From: Methanobacteriota archaeon
GTDB taxonomy: Archaea > Thermoplasmatota > Poseidoniia > Poseidoniales > Thalassarchaeaceae
Length of the DNA stretch: 64,000 nucleotides
Assembly: GCA_002708385.1 (NCBI GenBank)
Contig: PANM01000013.1
Coordinates: 87,359-151,358, forward strand
Reading direction: 5' to 3'
Shown here: positions 54,845-64,000 of the stretch, piece after piece
Position numbering within the stretch: the stretch's first letter is position 1
How the letters are laid out: each line of letters starts with the position of its first letter
Notes under the pieces: generated by a model
What the model saw: only the letters and a program-made list of their open reading frames with translations
Databases searched by the model: none
Told to the model about the DNA's origin: nothing
Program-made: the position numbers and the translations under genes

Positions 54845-57800
54845 TCTTTCGTAGAATTTTCCTTTCAATGGCATATCATGTTCCCAGGCAAATTCTTTCA
54901 TTACCCTCAAGGCCTCTTTTTCCAAATCAGAATCGCCTACAAAATCGGTAATGCGAATTACCCCCTCCCTTGTGTTTGCCTTGAATGCCGCAATTGGTTC
55001 TTCTCTATGGAATACAAGGTACGCCGAACCATAACCAAACCTTTCTCTCAATAGACTGCCATAATAATGTATCAATGGATCTGATGGAGGGATGACTAAA
55101 TCACGAGTTCTACTTAAACCATCTGAACCATCTAGCAAATCATGCCTACCCCAACATACATCATGCATATCATCAACAAGGAAACCTTTGATCAATGTAC
55201 CATCTTCTTCGAATTCTCGCATTACATCAGAAATTTCTTCAGCAGAGAAGGGCGACCCTGCCAACCTTTCGACTTGTTTTAGAGTAATAACAGGAAAATC
55301 TTTGACTAAATCTCTTAGGAAGTCACGTTTTACTTCCCATAAATCAGACGAAGATATTGGTTCAACTGCTTTGAACCCTCCACGATAATCTTGCACTAAG
55401 TGTCCACTACGAACTAAGGGTGAAATCAGTTTTCGAAATTCCCCTCTCTTCATAGCGTGACGTTCCATGAAAATTGAAGGGTCATGATGTTCTCTGAAAA
55501 ACTGTAGAATTTCCTCGTCTTCTTCTGGAGGTTGAATATTTCGAATTGTCAATAATTTTTGGAAATGAAGCATCTTCGCCCAAACAAGGTGCCCCCTCAA
55601 ATTTGTACCTTGGTGTAATTGATGAGCCGCAGCCATTGACTTGAGGTCAACCCTGAACATTTCACAACGACCTCGGAGGGCAAAGTCATCCCTTAATTCG
55701 TCTAAGTGGTCGAGAGCTAAAGTTTCATTTTCATGACGGGTTTTCTGATGTAATGAATGGTGATGGAAGAGAATTCGATTAATCTTCTTTCTAGGCATTG
55801 GGTCTACTATTCCGCCCCTAATGTATCGCTCTCCATCACCCATAGATTCGAAACCGAGATCTGAGAGAATCTGCTGCACATTTTCATCACATTCGTGAAC
55901 GGGGACTCCGTTGAACGCGTGAATAACTGATACATCGATTAACCTATCACGATAATTTTCTAATAATTCGTCGAATGTGGTTTTGAATTCATCGAGATAA
56001 GAATGTGGGATATTGATATCCTTGATTTCAAGGTAATCATTAACCACGAACATCAATATTCTCCCAACCGGATCTACACCCTTGAATACCGGATGATACC
56101 AGCCTTGCTTGAGCATTAGTCGGACTTCTTGAATAAAGCGTGAACAGAATGGATCTGATTGAGAAACTATTCTCATTTTGCGATCTTCTGCCATAGGAGA
56201 GAGGAGTTTTTCAGCATCTTCGTGGCTGGAATAATAATCCGTAGGGTCTGGCTGTAATGCAACTACCCGAGCAATTTTTCCAGCATTTTCTAAGTCACGT
56301 AGAGTTTCAGCCAACTCCTCAACTGGTCGCGATACAAAGAATCTCAGTGTATGTAGTCTAACTGGTCCGATTCTTTCGATTAGTGTTTTTACCGCCTCAT
56401 CAAAATTCATCGGTTTAACCCTATCATGGATTTTATGGAATACTGCAAGTGAGCGTTTCCTATTCGGCAGTTCAATGTATTTTTTGCCGATAATTAACTG
56501 CCTCTCTAAATTTGATAGAGCACTCTTCAATGACCTTTGAATGTGAGCATTTTCTTTGCCCTTGGGATAACCATCGAATAATTCGATTCGACTCATACCT
56601 TCCTTAGGTATCTTCTCTAGTAATTCCTCCTCTAGGGGCCCTATCCAAGGGTCTCCCCTTAGACCAAGAACCAGTGGCAACTGGTCGTCCATTGTGTAAC
56701 CAACTCGATTGTGTAACAAACGCCCATTGACTACATCAGGATCGTGTTTGATATCTTTCCAATCACGGAATCTGTAATCTTTAACTCGATGTAACATCTC
56801 ATCTCTTCTTTGAACTAAAATCAGATTTCTAATCGCATCAGCAGGCTCATCATATTGAGTAAATGATTTATGTAAAATCAAAGTTTGCAGAGTTCGATAA
56901 TCTACAACTTCGACTTGACCACCGGTGATCCTATACTCATCAACACGGAGGATGTATTCCCCATCTTCGGTTTGGGTAAAGAATCCAATAGAGACTAAAT
57001 TCCTCATTTCTAATTCCTGTAAAACCGATTCAACTTGACCACGCGGGAATGGTAATCTACTGGCGAGTTTATCCAATGTCCGGGGGCCTTCTGAGCCCAA
57101 CATGTCCAATAATTTCAACCTGAGACAATCCATAGGATCAGACAGATAAGTTTCTTTCCAATTAGCCGGTTTTCCATCCTTGTAGTCCACTCCCATATCA
57201 AAGGTCAGACCACCGGTGTAGAGAGCCCTAAGGTCATCCATTTCATCAGCACCGGAAGCTGCAAGGCATCCCAGAGTTCCGTGTACTCCAGCCATCCTTT
57301 CTGAGAACCACTTGTCATCGATTTGTTCTAACCCGGTATTCCGGACCTTGGTAATCAAACCCCGCTCTGCCAATTCGTAAACCCATTCTCTAAGTTGTTC
57401 GAATTCTACATCTTTCAACTTCTCAGAATAAAGCGGATGAGTTAGTGATTTTTCTAGCCCACCTCCCATATCCATAAGTCTCAATAATCCAGAAGGAGAA
57501 TCTGGAACTGCTACCTTATCTTGGTAATACTGAGCTAATCTTTCTCGGTCTAAGTCGGTAGCAAGTGACCTAGCTCCCAGCAATCGCCGCAAAATTTCTG
57601 GATCTATATCTTTGATAAGATAGGCTCGAGTTCTTAGACTGAGCAAATCTTCGAAAGAGGACATGAATAATGTCATTCCAAGTGGCGATGGCATCTTCAC
57701 TTTACGATGAACAATTCGTACGTTTTCACTGTCCATTCTTGAGATGAAATCAGCCAATTCCTTCATTTCTAAATCGAAATTCATAATTTCATTCATGGCT

Positions 57801-60121
57801 TCTCTAATTACTACTGAATCTTCCATTTGACGATGCGAACGCAAAATCTGTTCTGCTCGAGTTTGAAATTGTTTCGGACTTACTTCATCTGCCCCAATCC
57901 TACGCGGATTAAGCATACTGCGGCTTGAAACTTCACGGAATCGTTTTGCAAATAACTGTGAATCTAACATATATCTTTGCAGAACTTCTCTACTAGAATC
58001 ATCCCTGAATAAATCTGAAATTTTAGATATCTCAACCTCATGACTTAATTTTATCATGAATCCATTTTCATCAAAAGAAATTTCATTGACTAGAACATTA
58101 TCTCTTACAGCAATTCCAGCAAATAAATATCCAAGCGCTAAATTAAATGCTCTACCCCTACAAGTTGTAACGATGTAAGTAGGAAGTGGGGCCGCTACTT
58201 GTTCTACGATAATTCGATCTCTACTCGGAACTTGGAATGTAGTAGCACAGTGCTCATCAAGATAATTCCCTAGTGCATTTGCAATTGGCTTATTCAAGCC
58301 ATAAACGTCCATCAATAGCGGTCTTACATCACGACCCATCCTTACAATATGGGATGCGCGGTCAAGTACATCCAATACCTCGTAACTTAACTCGTTGGTA
58401 CGCGAATTTGCTTCTCCGGCCCAAGACGGAATTGTTGGTCGATAACCTGTAGCAGATGTTACATTTACTCTAGTCCCTTGAACATTAGATACTCGGTAAG
58501 TTGACCCACCGAGTAGGAATACATCGCCATTTCTCATACTAGCAACGAATCCACTGGATAATTGTCCAACAAGAGTCCCATCTGAGGTAAATACGAGGTA
58601 ATTATTGTCGGGAGCGATTGTTCCGATATTTGTGTAATAGATCATTTGAGCATATCCACGCTTGCCAAAGCGATTATCTTCCCAATCCACCCAAACTCTA
58701 CGTTCTTCTTCTAGAAGGTCTAAAACTTCGATATAATCGTCATATGGAAGAGCTCTATATGGCCACGCAGCAGTAACTAACTCGTATGCATCATCTATAT
58801 CCCATTCACGGATTATAGTTAGTCCAATCATAAATTGAGCTAAAACATCAAGAGAATTTTCTGGGAATTTTAGAAGGTCCATCGAGCCACGTAAAATTCC
58901 ATTTTGCAATGCTACTACTTCCAGTAAATCTTGTGGAGAAGTAGGTAGGAACCTTGCTCTTGGAAGACCTCCTACTTGGTGACCTGCTCGACCTATTCTT
59001 TGCAATGCAGTTGCGATTGAACCAGGGCTACCTACCTGAACAACACAATCAACTGATCCGATGTCAATTCCCATTTCTAAAGACGATGAAGATACTACAC
59101 ATCTTAGATATCCATTCTTAAGCCGCTGTTCAACATCTAAACGAATCGCTTTATCCATTGAACCGTGATGACCCTCTACACCTTCTGTGCCGAGAATTTT
59201 CAATTTCTGAACGGTAGTTTCAGTCATTTGCCTAGTATTAACGAAAACAAGTGTAGTAGTATGAGCTTCAACTATTTCTTTGATACGTTCTACATTGTGG
59301 TCGAGAACTTCCTTGATTGGAAGGGAAGAAAATCGTGGTGTTGGAAGTATGATATCAAGATCTAATTTCCTTGCACCAGAAACCTTTGCTATTGCAACAT
59401 GTTGAGGTTCTGTATCGCTTTCTCTAGAATCAGAAGCCACCAAGAACTCCGCGACAGCTTCCAACGGTTCCATGGTTGCTGATATACCAATACGTTGGAC
59501 ATCCGAGTCAATTACACTATCCATTAGGGCTAAACTCAATGCAAGATGAGTCCCTCTCTTGGTAGGAACCAAAGAATGCATCTCATCGATAACCATCCAT
59601 TTCAAGTCATTTAACAGAGGTCTAAATCGCTTCGAAGCCAGAGCAAGACCAAGTGATTCTGGCGTTGTAATTAGAATATGAGGCGGTGACCTCAACATCT
59701 TTTCTCTTTCTTTTTGAGGAGTGTCTCCTGTTCTCAGACCTACTTTGATTTCTTTTGCTCTTCCTGGAAGATATCTCTCTCTGATTTCAGTCAAAGGACC
59801 AATCAAATTTTTCTGTATGTCATTTGCCAATGCCTTGATTGGTGATATGTACACACATTGAACAGATTTGTCTAAGCTTCCGTCTAAAGATCTGCGGACT
59901 AAGTCATCAATAATTGAAAGAAATGCGGTTAGGGTTTTTCCAGAACCGGTTGGTGAACAAAGTAACAGATGTTCTCCTTTCAAAATACGTGGAATTGCAA
60001 GTTTCTGGGGGTCAGTAAAATCGGGAAATTTATCTTTGAACCAGTTGCGTACGGGGGGAGAAAGGCTATCGAGCAACTGCTCGGTATCCCATGAATCCTC
60101 TACATACTCAATTTTAGGCAT
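54830..60121 (-). CDS. lhr: Lhr-family DExH-box helicase with long C-terminal extension (1763 aa)
   Basis: Lhr-type N-terminus (PVRNWF...PTGSGKTLTAFL), DEMH Walker B, motif VI QRIGRAGH, then about 850 aa of additional sequence. Confidence 0.85.
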   Translation of the reverse strand: MPKIEYVEDSWDTEQLLDSLSPPVRNWFKDKFPDFTDPQKLAIPRILKGEHLLLCSPTGSGKTLTAFLSIIDDLVRRSLDGSLDKSVQCVYISPIKALANDIQKNLIGPLTEIRERYLPGRAKEIKVGLRTGDTPQKEREKMLRSPPHILITTPESLGLALASKRFRPLLNDLKWMVIDEMHSLVPTKRGTHLALSLALMDSVIDSDVQRIGISATMEPLEAVAEFLVASDSRESDTEPQHVAIAKVSGARKLDLDIILPTPRFSSLPIKEVLDHNVERIKEIVEAHTTTLVFVNTRQMTETTVQKLKILGTEGVEGHHGSMDKAIRLDVEQRLKNGYLRCVVSSSSLEMGIDIGSVDCVVQVGSPGSIATALQRIGRAGHQVGGLPRARFLPTSPQDLLEVVALQNGILRGSMDLLKFPENSLDVLAQFMIGLTIIREWDIDDAYELVTAAWPYRALPYDDYIEVLDLLEEERRVWVDWEDNRFGKRGYAQMIYYTNIGTIAPDNNYLVFTSDGTLVGQLSSGFVASMRNGDVFLLGGSTYRVSNVQGTRVNVTSATGYRPTIPSWAGEANSRTNELSYEVLDVLDRASHIVRMGRDVRPLLMDVYGLNKPIANALGNYLDEHCATTFQVPSRDRIIVEQVAAPLPTYIVTTCRGRAFNLALGYLFAGIAVRDNVLVNEISFDENGFMIKLSHEVEISKISDLFRDDSSREVLQRYMLDSQLFAKRFREVSSRSMLNPRRIGADEVSPKQFQTRAEQILRSHRQMEDSVVIREAMNEIMNFDLEMKELADFISRMDSENVRIVHRKVKMPSPLGMTLFMSSFEDLLSLRTRAYLIKDIDPEILRRLLGARSLATDLDRERLAQYYQDKVAVPDSPSGLLRLMDMGGGLEKSLTHPLYSEKLKDVEFEQLREWVYELAERGLITKVRNTGLEQIDDKWFSERMAGVHGTLGCLAASGADEMDDLRALYTGGLTFDMGVDYKDGKPANWKETYLSDPMDCLRLKLLDMLGSEGPRTLDKLASRLPFPRGQVESVLQELEMRNLVSIGFFTQTEDGEYILRVDEYRITGGQVEVVDYRTLQTLILHKSFTQYDEPADAIRNLILVQRRDEMLHRVKDYRFRDWKDIKHDPDVVNGRLLHNRVGYTMDDQLPLVLGLRGDPWIGPLEEELLEKIPKEGMSRIELFDGYPKGKENAHIQRSLKSALSNLERQLIIGKKYIELPNRKRSLAVFHKIHDRVKPMNFDEAVKTLIERIGPVRLHTLRFFVSRPVEELAETLRDLENAGKIARVVALQPDPTDYYSSHEDAEKLLSPMAEDRKMRIVSQSDPFCSRFIQEVRLMLKQGWYHPVFKGVDPVGRILMFVVNDYLEIKDINIPHSYLDEFKTTFDELLENYRDRLIDVSVIHAFNGVPVHECDENVQQILSDLGFESMGDGERYIRGGIVDPMPRKKINRILFHHHSLHQKTRHENETLALDHLDELRDDFALRGRCEMFRVDLKSMAAAHQLHQGTNLRGHLVWAKMLHFQKLLTIRNIQPPEEDEEILQFFREHHDPSIFMERHAMKRGEFRKLISPLVRSGHLVQDYRGGFKAVEPISSSDLWEVKRDFLRDLVKDFPVITLKQVERLAGSPFSAEEISDVMREFEEDGTLIKGFLVDDMHDVCWGRHDLLDGSDGLSRTRDLVIPPSDPLIHYYGSLLRERFGYGSAYLVFHREEPIAAFKANTREGVIRITDFVGDSDLEKEALRVMKEFAWEHDMPLKGKFYERLRSR

Positions 60122-60305
60122 AAGTTCCCCTCACACTATGGCTGTACAGGGGCTTAATTCCCTACATGAATACTTCGTTTGGAAAATCATACAGTACTAC
60201 GTACTGGATAAGCCTAAATCATTGAAACCATGGGTAATTTAGCCAATTTCGTATTTCCCATTGAACTTTGTATTTTGACACTAATAACAACTATCGGAGG
60301 ATGGC

Positions 60306-62057
60306 TTGAAAGATGGTGAGTTAGTCGCCGAAGTGTTGGATATGCCTGACGAGGGACGCTTAGAGAGAATGTCCGCAATGCTGAGGCGTCGGGGAGTAGT
60401 ACTTCCAGCATTCGACATATATGGCGGGGTTTCAGGTCTTATCGACTATGGACCAGTTGGGGCTTCGATAAAAAGAAGATTGACACAAAAGTGGATAGAC
60501 CACTGGTTAAGTCATGGCGACATTGTAGAGATCGATTCACCCACCATAACTCCAGAGGCAGTTCTAGTGGCGAGTGGCCACGTTGGTGAGTTCAATGATT
60601 TGATGACAGAATGCAAAGGCTGCGGTTCTGTTTTTCGTGCAGACCATCTAGTCGAGCACCTACACCCTAATGCAGATTCCTTGAACTCAGATGAAATCGA
60701 TAAGTTACTATCCACTGGAATAGAATGTCCATCTTGTAATGAATCTGAGTGGACCTCCGCCCAACCAATGAATCTGATGTTTTCAACAAAAATAGGCGCG
60801 ATGAGCGCTGGAAGGACTGCATACATGCGCCCAGAAACCGCTCAAGGTATGTTCATGCTATACCCGGCATTATACCGTCATTTCAGACAAAAATTACCCT
60901 TTGGAGCCATTCAAACCGGTAAGGGGTACAGAAACGAAATTAGCCCTAGACAAGGAATGATTCGCCTAAGAGAATTTAACATGGCGGAGTTAGAATATTT
61001 CATCGACCCTGAACATCCTCCATTATCCGATTTAAACCGCAGAACGGAGATAGTTAGCCTTGTCCCAGATCCCGACGGCCCACATGCTGGAGAGTCTAGG
61101 ATGAGTTTCGGAGCCGCTTTAGATGCCGGAATAGTTCGTCACCCAACCGTAGCTTGGTTTTTGGCTAGAACCTGGGATTTCCTAATTGAGGTTGGAATTC
61201 ATCCAGCAAAGATTCGATTCAGACAACATGCTAGTACTGAAATGGCTCACTATGCAGAAGATTGCTGGGATTGTGAAATACATGGAGAACACGGTTGGAT
61301 AGAGTGTGTTGGAATCGCTAACCGAACCTGCCACGATTTGGAGAGTCACGAGTCTCATTCCAATACCAAGTCACTTAGGGCTTGGAGACAATTTGATCAG
61401 CCTCGTTCGCAAACACTGGACAGATTAGTCCCCAATGGTGCAGTAATTGGCCCTACCTTCAGAGGGGATGCAGGTGCTGTGGTTGCTGCCCTTGAACTAC
61501 TTACTGAATTACCAGAATCGTTTCCTTTTGAATTGACATTAGCTAATGGGAATTCAGTAAGTATTCATGAAAGCATGGTTGAAAGGAGAATCGATACTGT
61601 TAACGTCAGTGGAGAATGGTTTACCCCTCATATAATAGAACCTGCTTTTGGTATTGATCGCATTATTTGGCATGTTCTTGACCACGCCTACGAAGAAGTA
61701 GAAAAGGAAGGGGAGGCTTACACATTTCTCAGACTTTCAGAAGGAATATCTAGTGTCGACTGCGTGGTACTACCATTATTCGACAAAGAAGGAATGCCTG
61801 ATCTAGCCAAAGAGATTACCTCGGCGATTAATGCACTTCCTCATTCGAGGGCCGAGATGGACTCAAGTAAATCGATTGGTCGAAGATATGCACGCGCTGA
61901 TGAGATAGGAGTCCCCTGGGCATTAACCGTTGATCACACTTCACTCGAAGACGGAAGTGTGACAGTTAGAAGACGAGATGACCAATTACAAGTTCGAGCC
62001 TTTGTTGACGAAATTCTAACTCGAATGACTAATGGAACCATGCAAGAACTATTCTAA
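60306..62057 (+). CDS. glyS: Glycyl-tRNA synthetase (archaeal/eukaryotic alpha2 type)
   Basis: Class II motifs and a C-terminal anticodon-binding domain, 583 aa. Confidence 0.9.
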   Translation: MKDGELVAEVLDMPDEGRLERMSAMLRRRGVVLPAFDIYGGVSGLIDYGPVGASIKRRLTQKWIDHWLSHGDIVEIDSPTITPEAVLVASGHVGEFNDLMTECKGCGSVFRADHLVEHLHPNADSLNSDEIDKLLSTGIECPSCNESEWTSAQPMNLMFSTKIGAMSAGRTAYMRPETAQGMFMLYPALYRHFRQKLPFGAIQTGKGYRNEISPRQGMIRLREFNMAELEYFIDPEHPPLSDLNRRTEIVSLVPDPDGPHAGESRMSFGAALDAGIVRHPTVAWFLARTWDFLIEVGIHPAKIRFRQHASTEMAHYAEDCWDCEIHGEHGWIECVGIANRTCHDLESHESHSNTKSLRAWRQFDQPRSQTLDRLVPNGAVIGPTFRGDAGAVVAALELLTELPESFPFELTLANGNSVSIHESMVERRIDTVNVSGEWFTPHIIEPAFGIDRIIWHVLDHAYEEVEKEGEAYTFLRLSEGISSVDCVVLPLFDKEGMPDLAKEITSAINALPHSRAEMDSSKSIGRRYARADEIGVPWALTVDHTSLEDGSVTVRRRDDQLQVRAFVDEILTRMTNGTMQELF

Positions 62058-62122
62058 GTGAATTGCAGTTCCAGTAGAATTATCCTACCAATCTTCAAGA
62101 GGCTCCATGACTGGATAGGAGC

Positions 62123-63655
62123 GTGAGCGAAGCGGCGACCATCGAGGACTGGACGGAGAAATATCGTCCAACCAGAATGTCTCAGATGGAAGGGAATGAA
62201 TCACAACTTCGTATGATAACTCAATGGTTAGACAGATGGTCGTCAGGAAAGATTCCTGACAAACGTGGATTATTACTAGTTGGACCACCCGGAGTTGGGA
62301 AGACTACTCTTGCCAAAGCTGTGGCAAAAGAGCGAGGCTGGTCGATTATAGAATTGAATGCCTCCGAGGAAAGAAATGCTGCAGCCATTCGTAGAGCAGC
62401 CACTCGAGGAAGTCAGCATATCTCACTATCAGCATTTTCTACCGGAGGAGAGGTTGGGGAAAAAACAGTAGTTTTACTCGATGAAGTAGACCATTTATCA
62501 GGAGGATTTTCCCAGATTTCTGAAGATAAAATCGATAAAATCCTTTCACCGGAAGAGGAAGAAAAAGCCACTATTAAGGGAGATTCGGGGGGTAAGGCTG
62601 AACTCCTCAATTTGCTAAAGATTACCGAACAACCTGTCATATTGACATGTAACGATGCAATGAGAATGTGGGGTTCAGGACGCCAGTGGCGGAGAAATAG
62701 GGACAGAGTTATGCGCCTTGCAGAAAATATCCAATTCAAACGAGTCGGTAAGGTACACATGAGGAGAATTGCACATAGAGTACTAGATGGAGAAAAATTA
62801 TCCATGGACCCAGAAGCAGTTGAGGCTCTAATCGAAAACAATCCAGGAGATTTGCGGGCATTAGTTAGAGACTTACAGGCGGCATCCGCAATAGGTGGTG
62901 AACACATAGCCTTAGAGGATGTTAGAGCCTTAGCCGAAGTCGCAGAGAGAGACTCACAAATCGATGTATTCAGAGCGCTTAGAGAAGTTTATGCAGCAAA
63001 CAATGGGTATACAGCGAATCGATTGCTAATGAATTCAGACAAGGACCCTGACGAGATGCTAGCGTGGTTTGTCTGGAATAACCAGTCGGTTTTCAGTACC
63101 AAAGAATTAGCTGAAATTTCCAAAGCGATGGTGCTAGCTGATCGTGCATTGGCGACCAAGTTTACCAACAGAGCGTATCGTTCGTGGTATTGGGGTTCTT
63201 CTCTTTCATCTCAAGCAGCAGTATCTGCAAAAAGCGAAGATTCCGCTTCTAAACCCTTCCTAACTTATCCTAACTTCCTAAGAAGAGGGGGGGAGGCTTG
63301 GAGAACTTCTGGCGTTGTAGCATCTCTAGCAGAACAGTCAGGAGCTAGTAAAGCAGCTGTTAGAGAAGACCTCTGGCCCAATCTCCTCGCAGTTCACGAT
63401 GAATCGCTTGGCGGAAATCCAGAGGACTTTTCATTGGCAATGAATTTAGGATTAAGTGGTGAAGATCACCTATCTTTACACGGGATTCCTAAATCAAGAA
63501 GAGATGCAAAGAAGATTCTTGCCGGATTCGATGAATCATTACCCAGCGATGATTGGGAAGAAATCCCAGAGCCAGTACAGCAAATAGAAGAAACAAAAAG
63601 TCAAACAAAAAAAGAAAGTGATGAATCGACGCAATTTTCTTTAGATTCCTTCTAA
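62123..63655 (+). CDS. rfcL: Replication factor C large subunit
   Basis: WTEKYRP, Walker A GPPGVGKTT, and an acidic C-terminal tail ending in a PIP-like QTKKESDESTQFSLDSF. Confidence 0.85.
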   Translation: MSEAATIEDWTEKYRPTRMSQMEGNESQLRMITQWLDRWSSGKIPDKRGLLLVGPPGVGKTTLAKAVAKERGWSIIELNASEERNAAAIRRAATRGSQHISLSAFSTGGEVGEKTVVLLDEVDHLSGGFSQISEDKIDKILSPEEEEKATIKGDSGGKAELLNLLKITEQPVILTCNDAMRMWGSGRQWRRNRDRVMRLAENIQFKRVGKVHMRRIAHRVLDGEKLSMDPEAVEALIENNPGDLRALVRDLQAASAIGGEHIALEDVRALAEVAERDSQIDVFRALREVYAANNGYTANRLLMNSDKDPDEMLAWFVWNNQSVFSTKELAEISKAMVLADRALATKFTNRAYRSWYWGSSLSSQAAVSAKSEDSASKPFLTYPNFLRRGGEAWRTSGVVASLAEQSGASKAAVREDLWPNLLAVHDESLGGNPEDFSLAMNLGLSGEDHLSLHGIPKSRRDAKKILAGFDESLPSDDWEEIPEPVQQIEETKSQTKKESDESTQFSLDSF

Positions 63656-63749
63656 AAAATCAGGTATCAGCAATTAATATGTTTATTTTAAATCATTCAT
63701 AATCTCTCTATCTGGCCTTTAGTGGCTAGTGAATGAGTAACATTGAAGT

Positions 63750-63932
63750 TTGCGAGCACTATCCAGATTCATGACACAATGGGAGTATAGAATTGTAGAA
63801 GATTCAGATTCATCATGGACACAGATTACTAAAATGTTGAATGAGTTGGGCAGTCAGGGTTGGGAATTAGTTTCAACGAGAGGGAAAAAGCCGGGAAAAC
63901 TCAAGGTGTTCTTCTTCAAGAGACCTCTTTGA
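63750..63932 (+). CDS. Small DUF4177-like protein (60 aa)
   Basis: The WEYRIVE...GWELVS pattern resembles DUF4177. Confidence 0.3.
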   Translation: MRALSRFMTQWEYRIVEDSDSSWTQITKMLNELGSQGWELVSTRGKKPGKLKVFFFKRPL

Positions 63933-64000
63933 AACCCCAGTGACTCATCACCGAGTTATAGGGCACCCTTAGCTTCATTTCGATTCTTCGTCTTTTATGT

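Noticed and set aside
54830-60121. Possible intein in the 1763-aa helicase
   Set aside because: The helicase motifs I to VI are contiguous and in the usual spacing. No Cys/Ser...His-Asn splice-junction blocks or homing-endonuclease motifs were seen, so the extra length is a C-terminal extension.
1-64000. Search for CRISPR arrays, IS elements, integrases and prophage genes
   Set aside because: No spaced direct repeats, no transposase, integrase or Cas-like proteins, and no terminal inverted repeats were seen. The window looks like core chromosome.

Overview
The window is a gene-dense archaeal chromosomal segment, about 40% GC with a 60-65% GC island near 46.4-46.6 kb. It carries roughly 63 CDSs, 90% coding, and one tRNA-Val(GAC). 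No transposases, integrases, CRISPR arrays or rRNA genes are present.

The gene content is archaeal/eukaryote-like: PAN, Kae1, aEF-2, uS7/uS12, an exosome-proteasome-SBDS superoperon, PriS, RFC large subunit, split transketolase, aMBF1, Tsr3, TiaS and archaeal/eukaryal-type Met/Pro/Gly-tRNA synthetases. Adjacent methylmalonyl-CoA epimerase and mutase genes, Lys/Ala/Pro-rich protein tails and futalosine-pathway menaquinone genes suggest a Nitrososphaerota (Thaumarchaeota)-like lineage; this is an inference.

The ORF track accepts GTG/TTG starts, so several ORF 5' ends are probably over-extended. I corrected those where an in-frame ATG agrees with homology.

Systems that stand out:
1. A complete folate-dependent histidine-to-glutamate catabolic locus: hutI, hutH, a long-form 671-aa urocanase, and a split formiminotransferase plus cyclodeaminase.
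2. A 159-aa single-lobe homolog of the diiron deoxyhypusine hydroxylase (half-DOHH), translationally abutted to mqnD.
3. A fused type-1 IPP isomerase + GGPP synthase, next to isopentenyl-phosphate kinase and a thiolase.
4. A 1763-aa Lhr-type helicase with a roughly 850-aa C-terminal extension.
5. A UbiD-family decarboxylase / hypothetical / Nudix operon.
6. gmhA-gmhB heptose genes beside an archaeosortase-like membrane protein.

All functional calls come from motif and homology recognition by eye; none was verified by database search.
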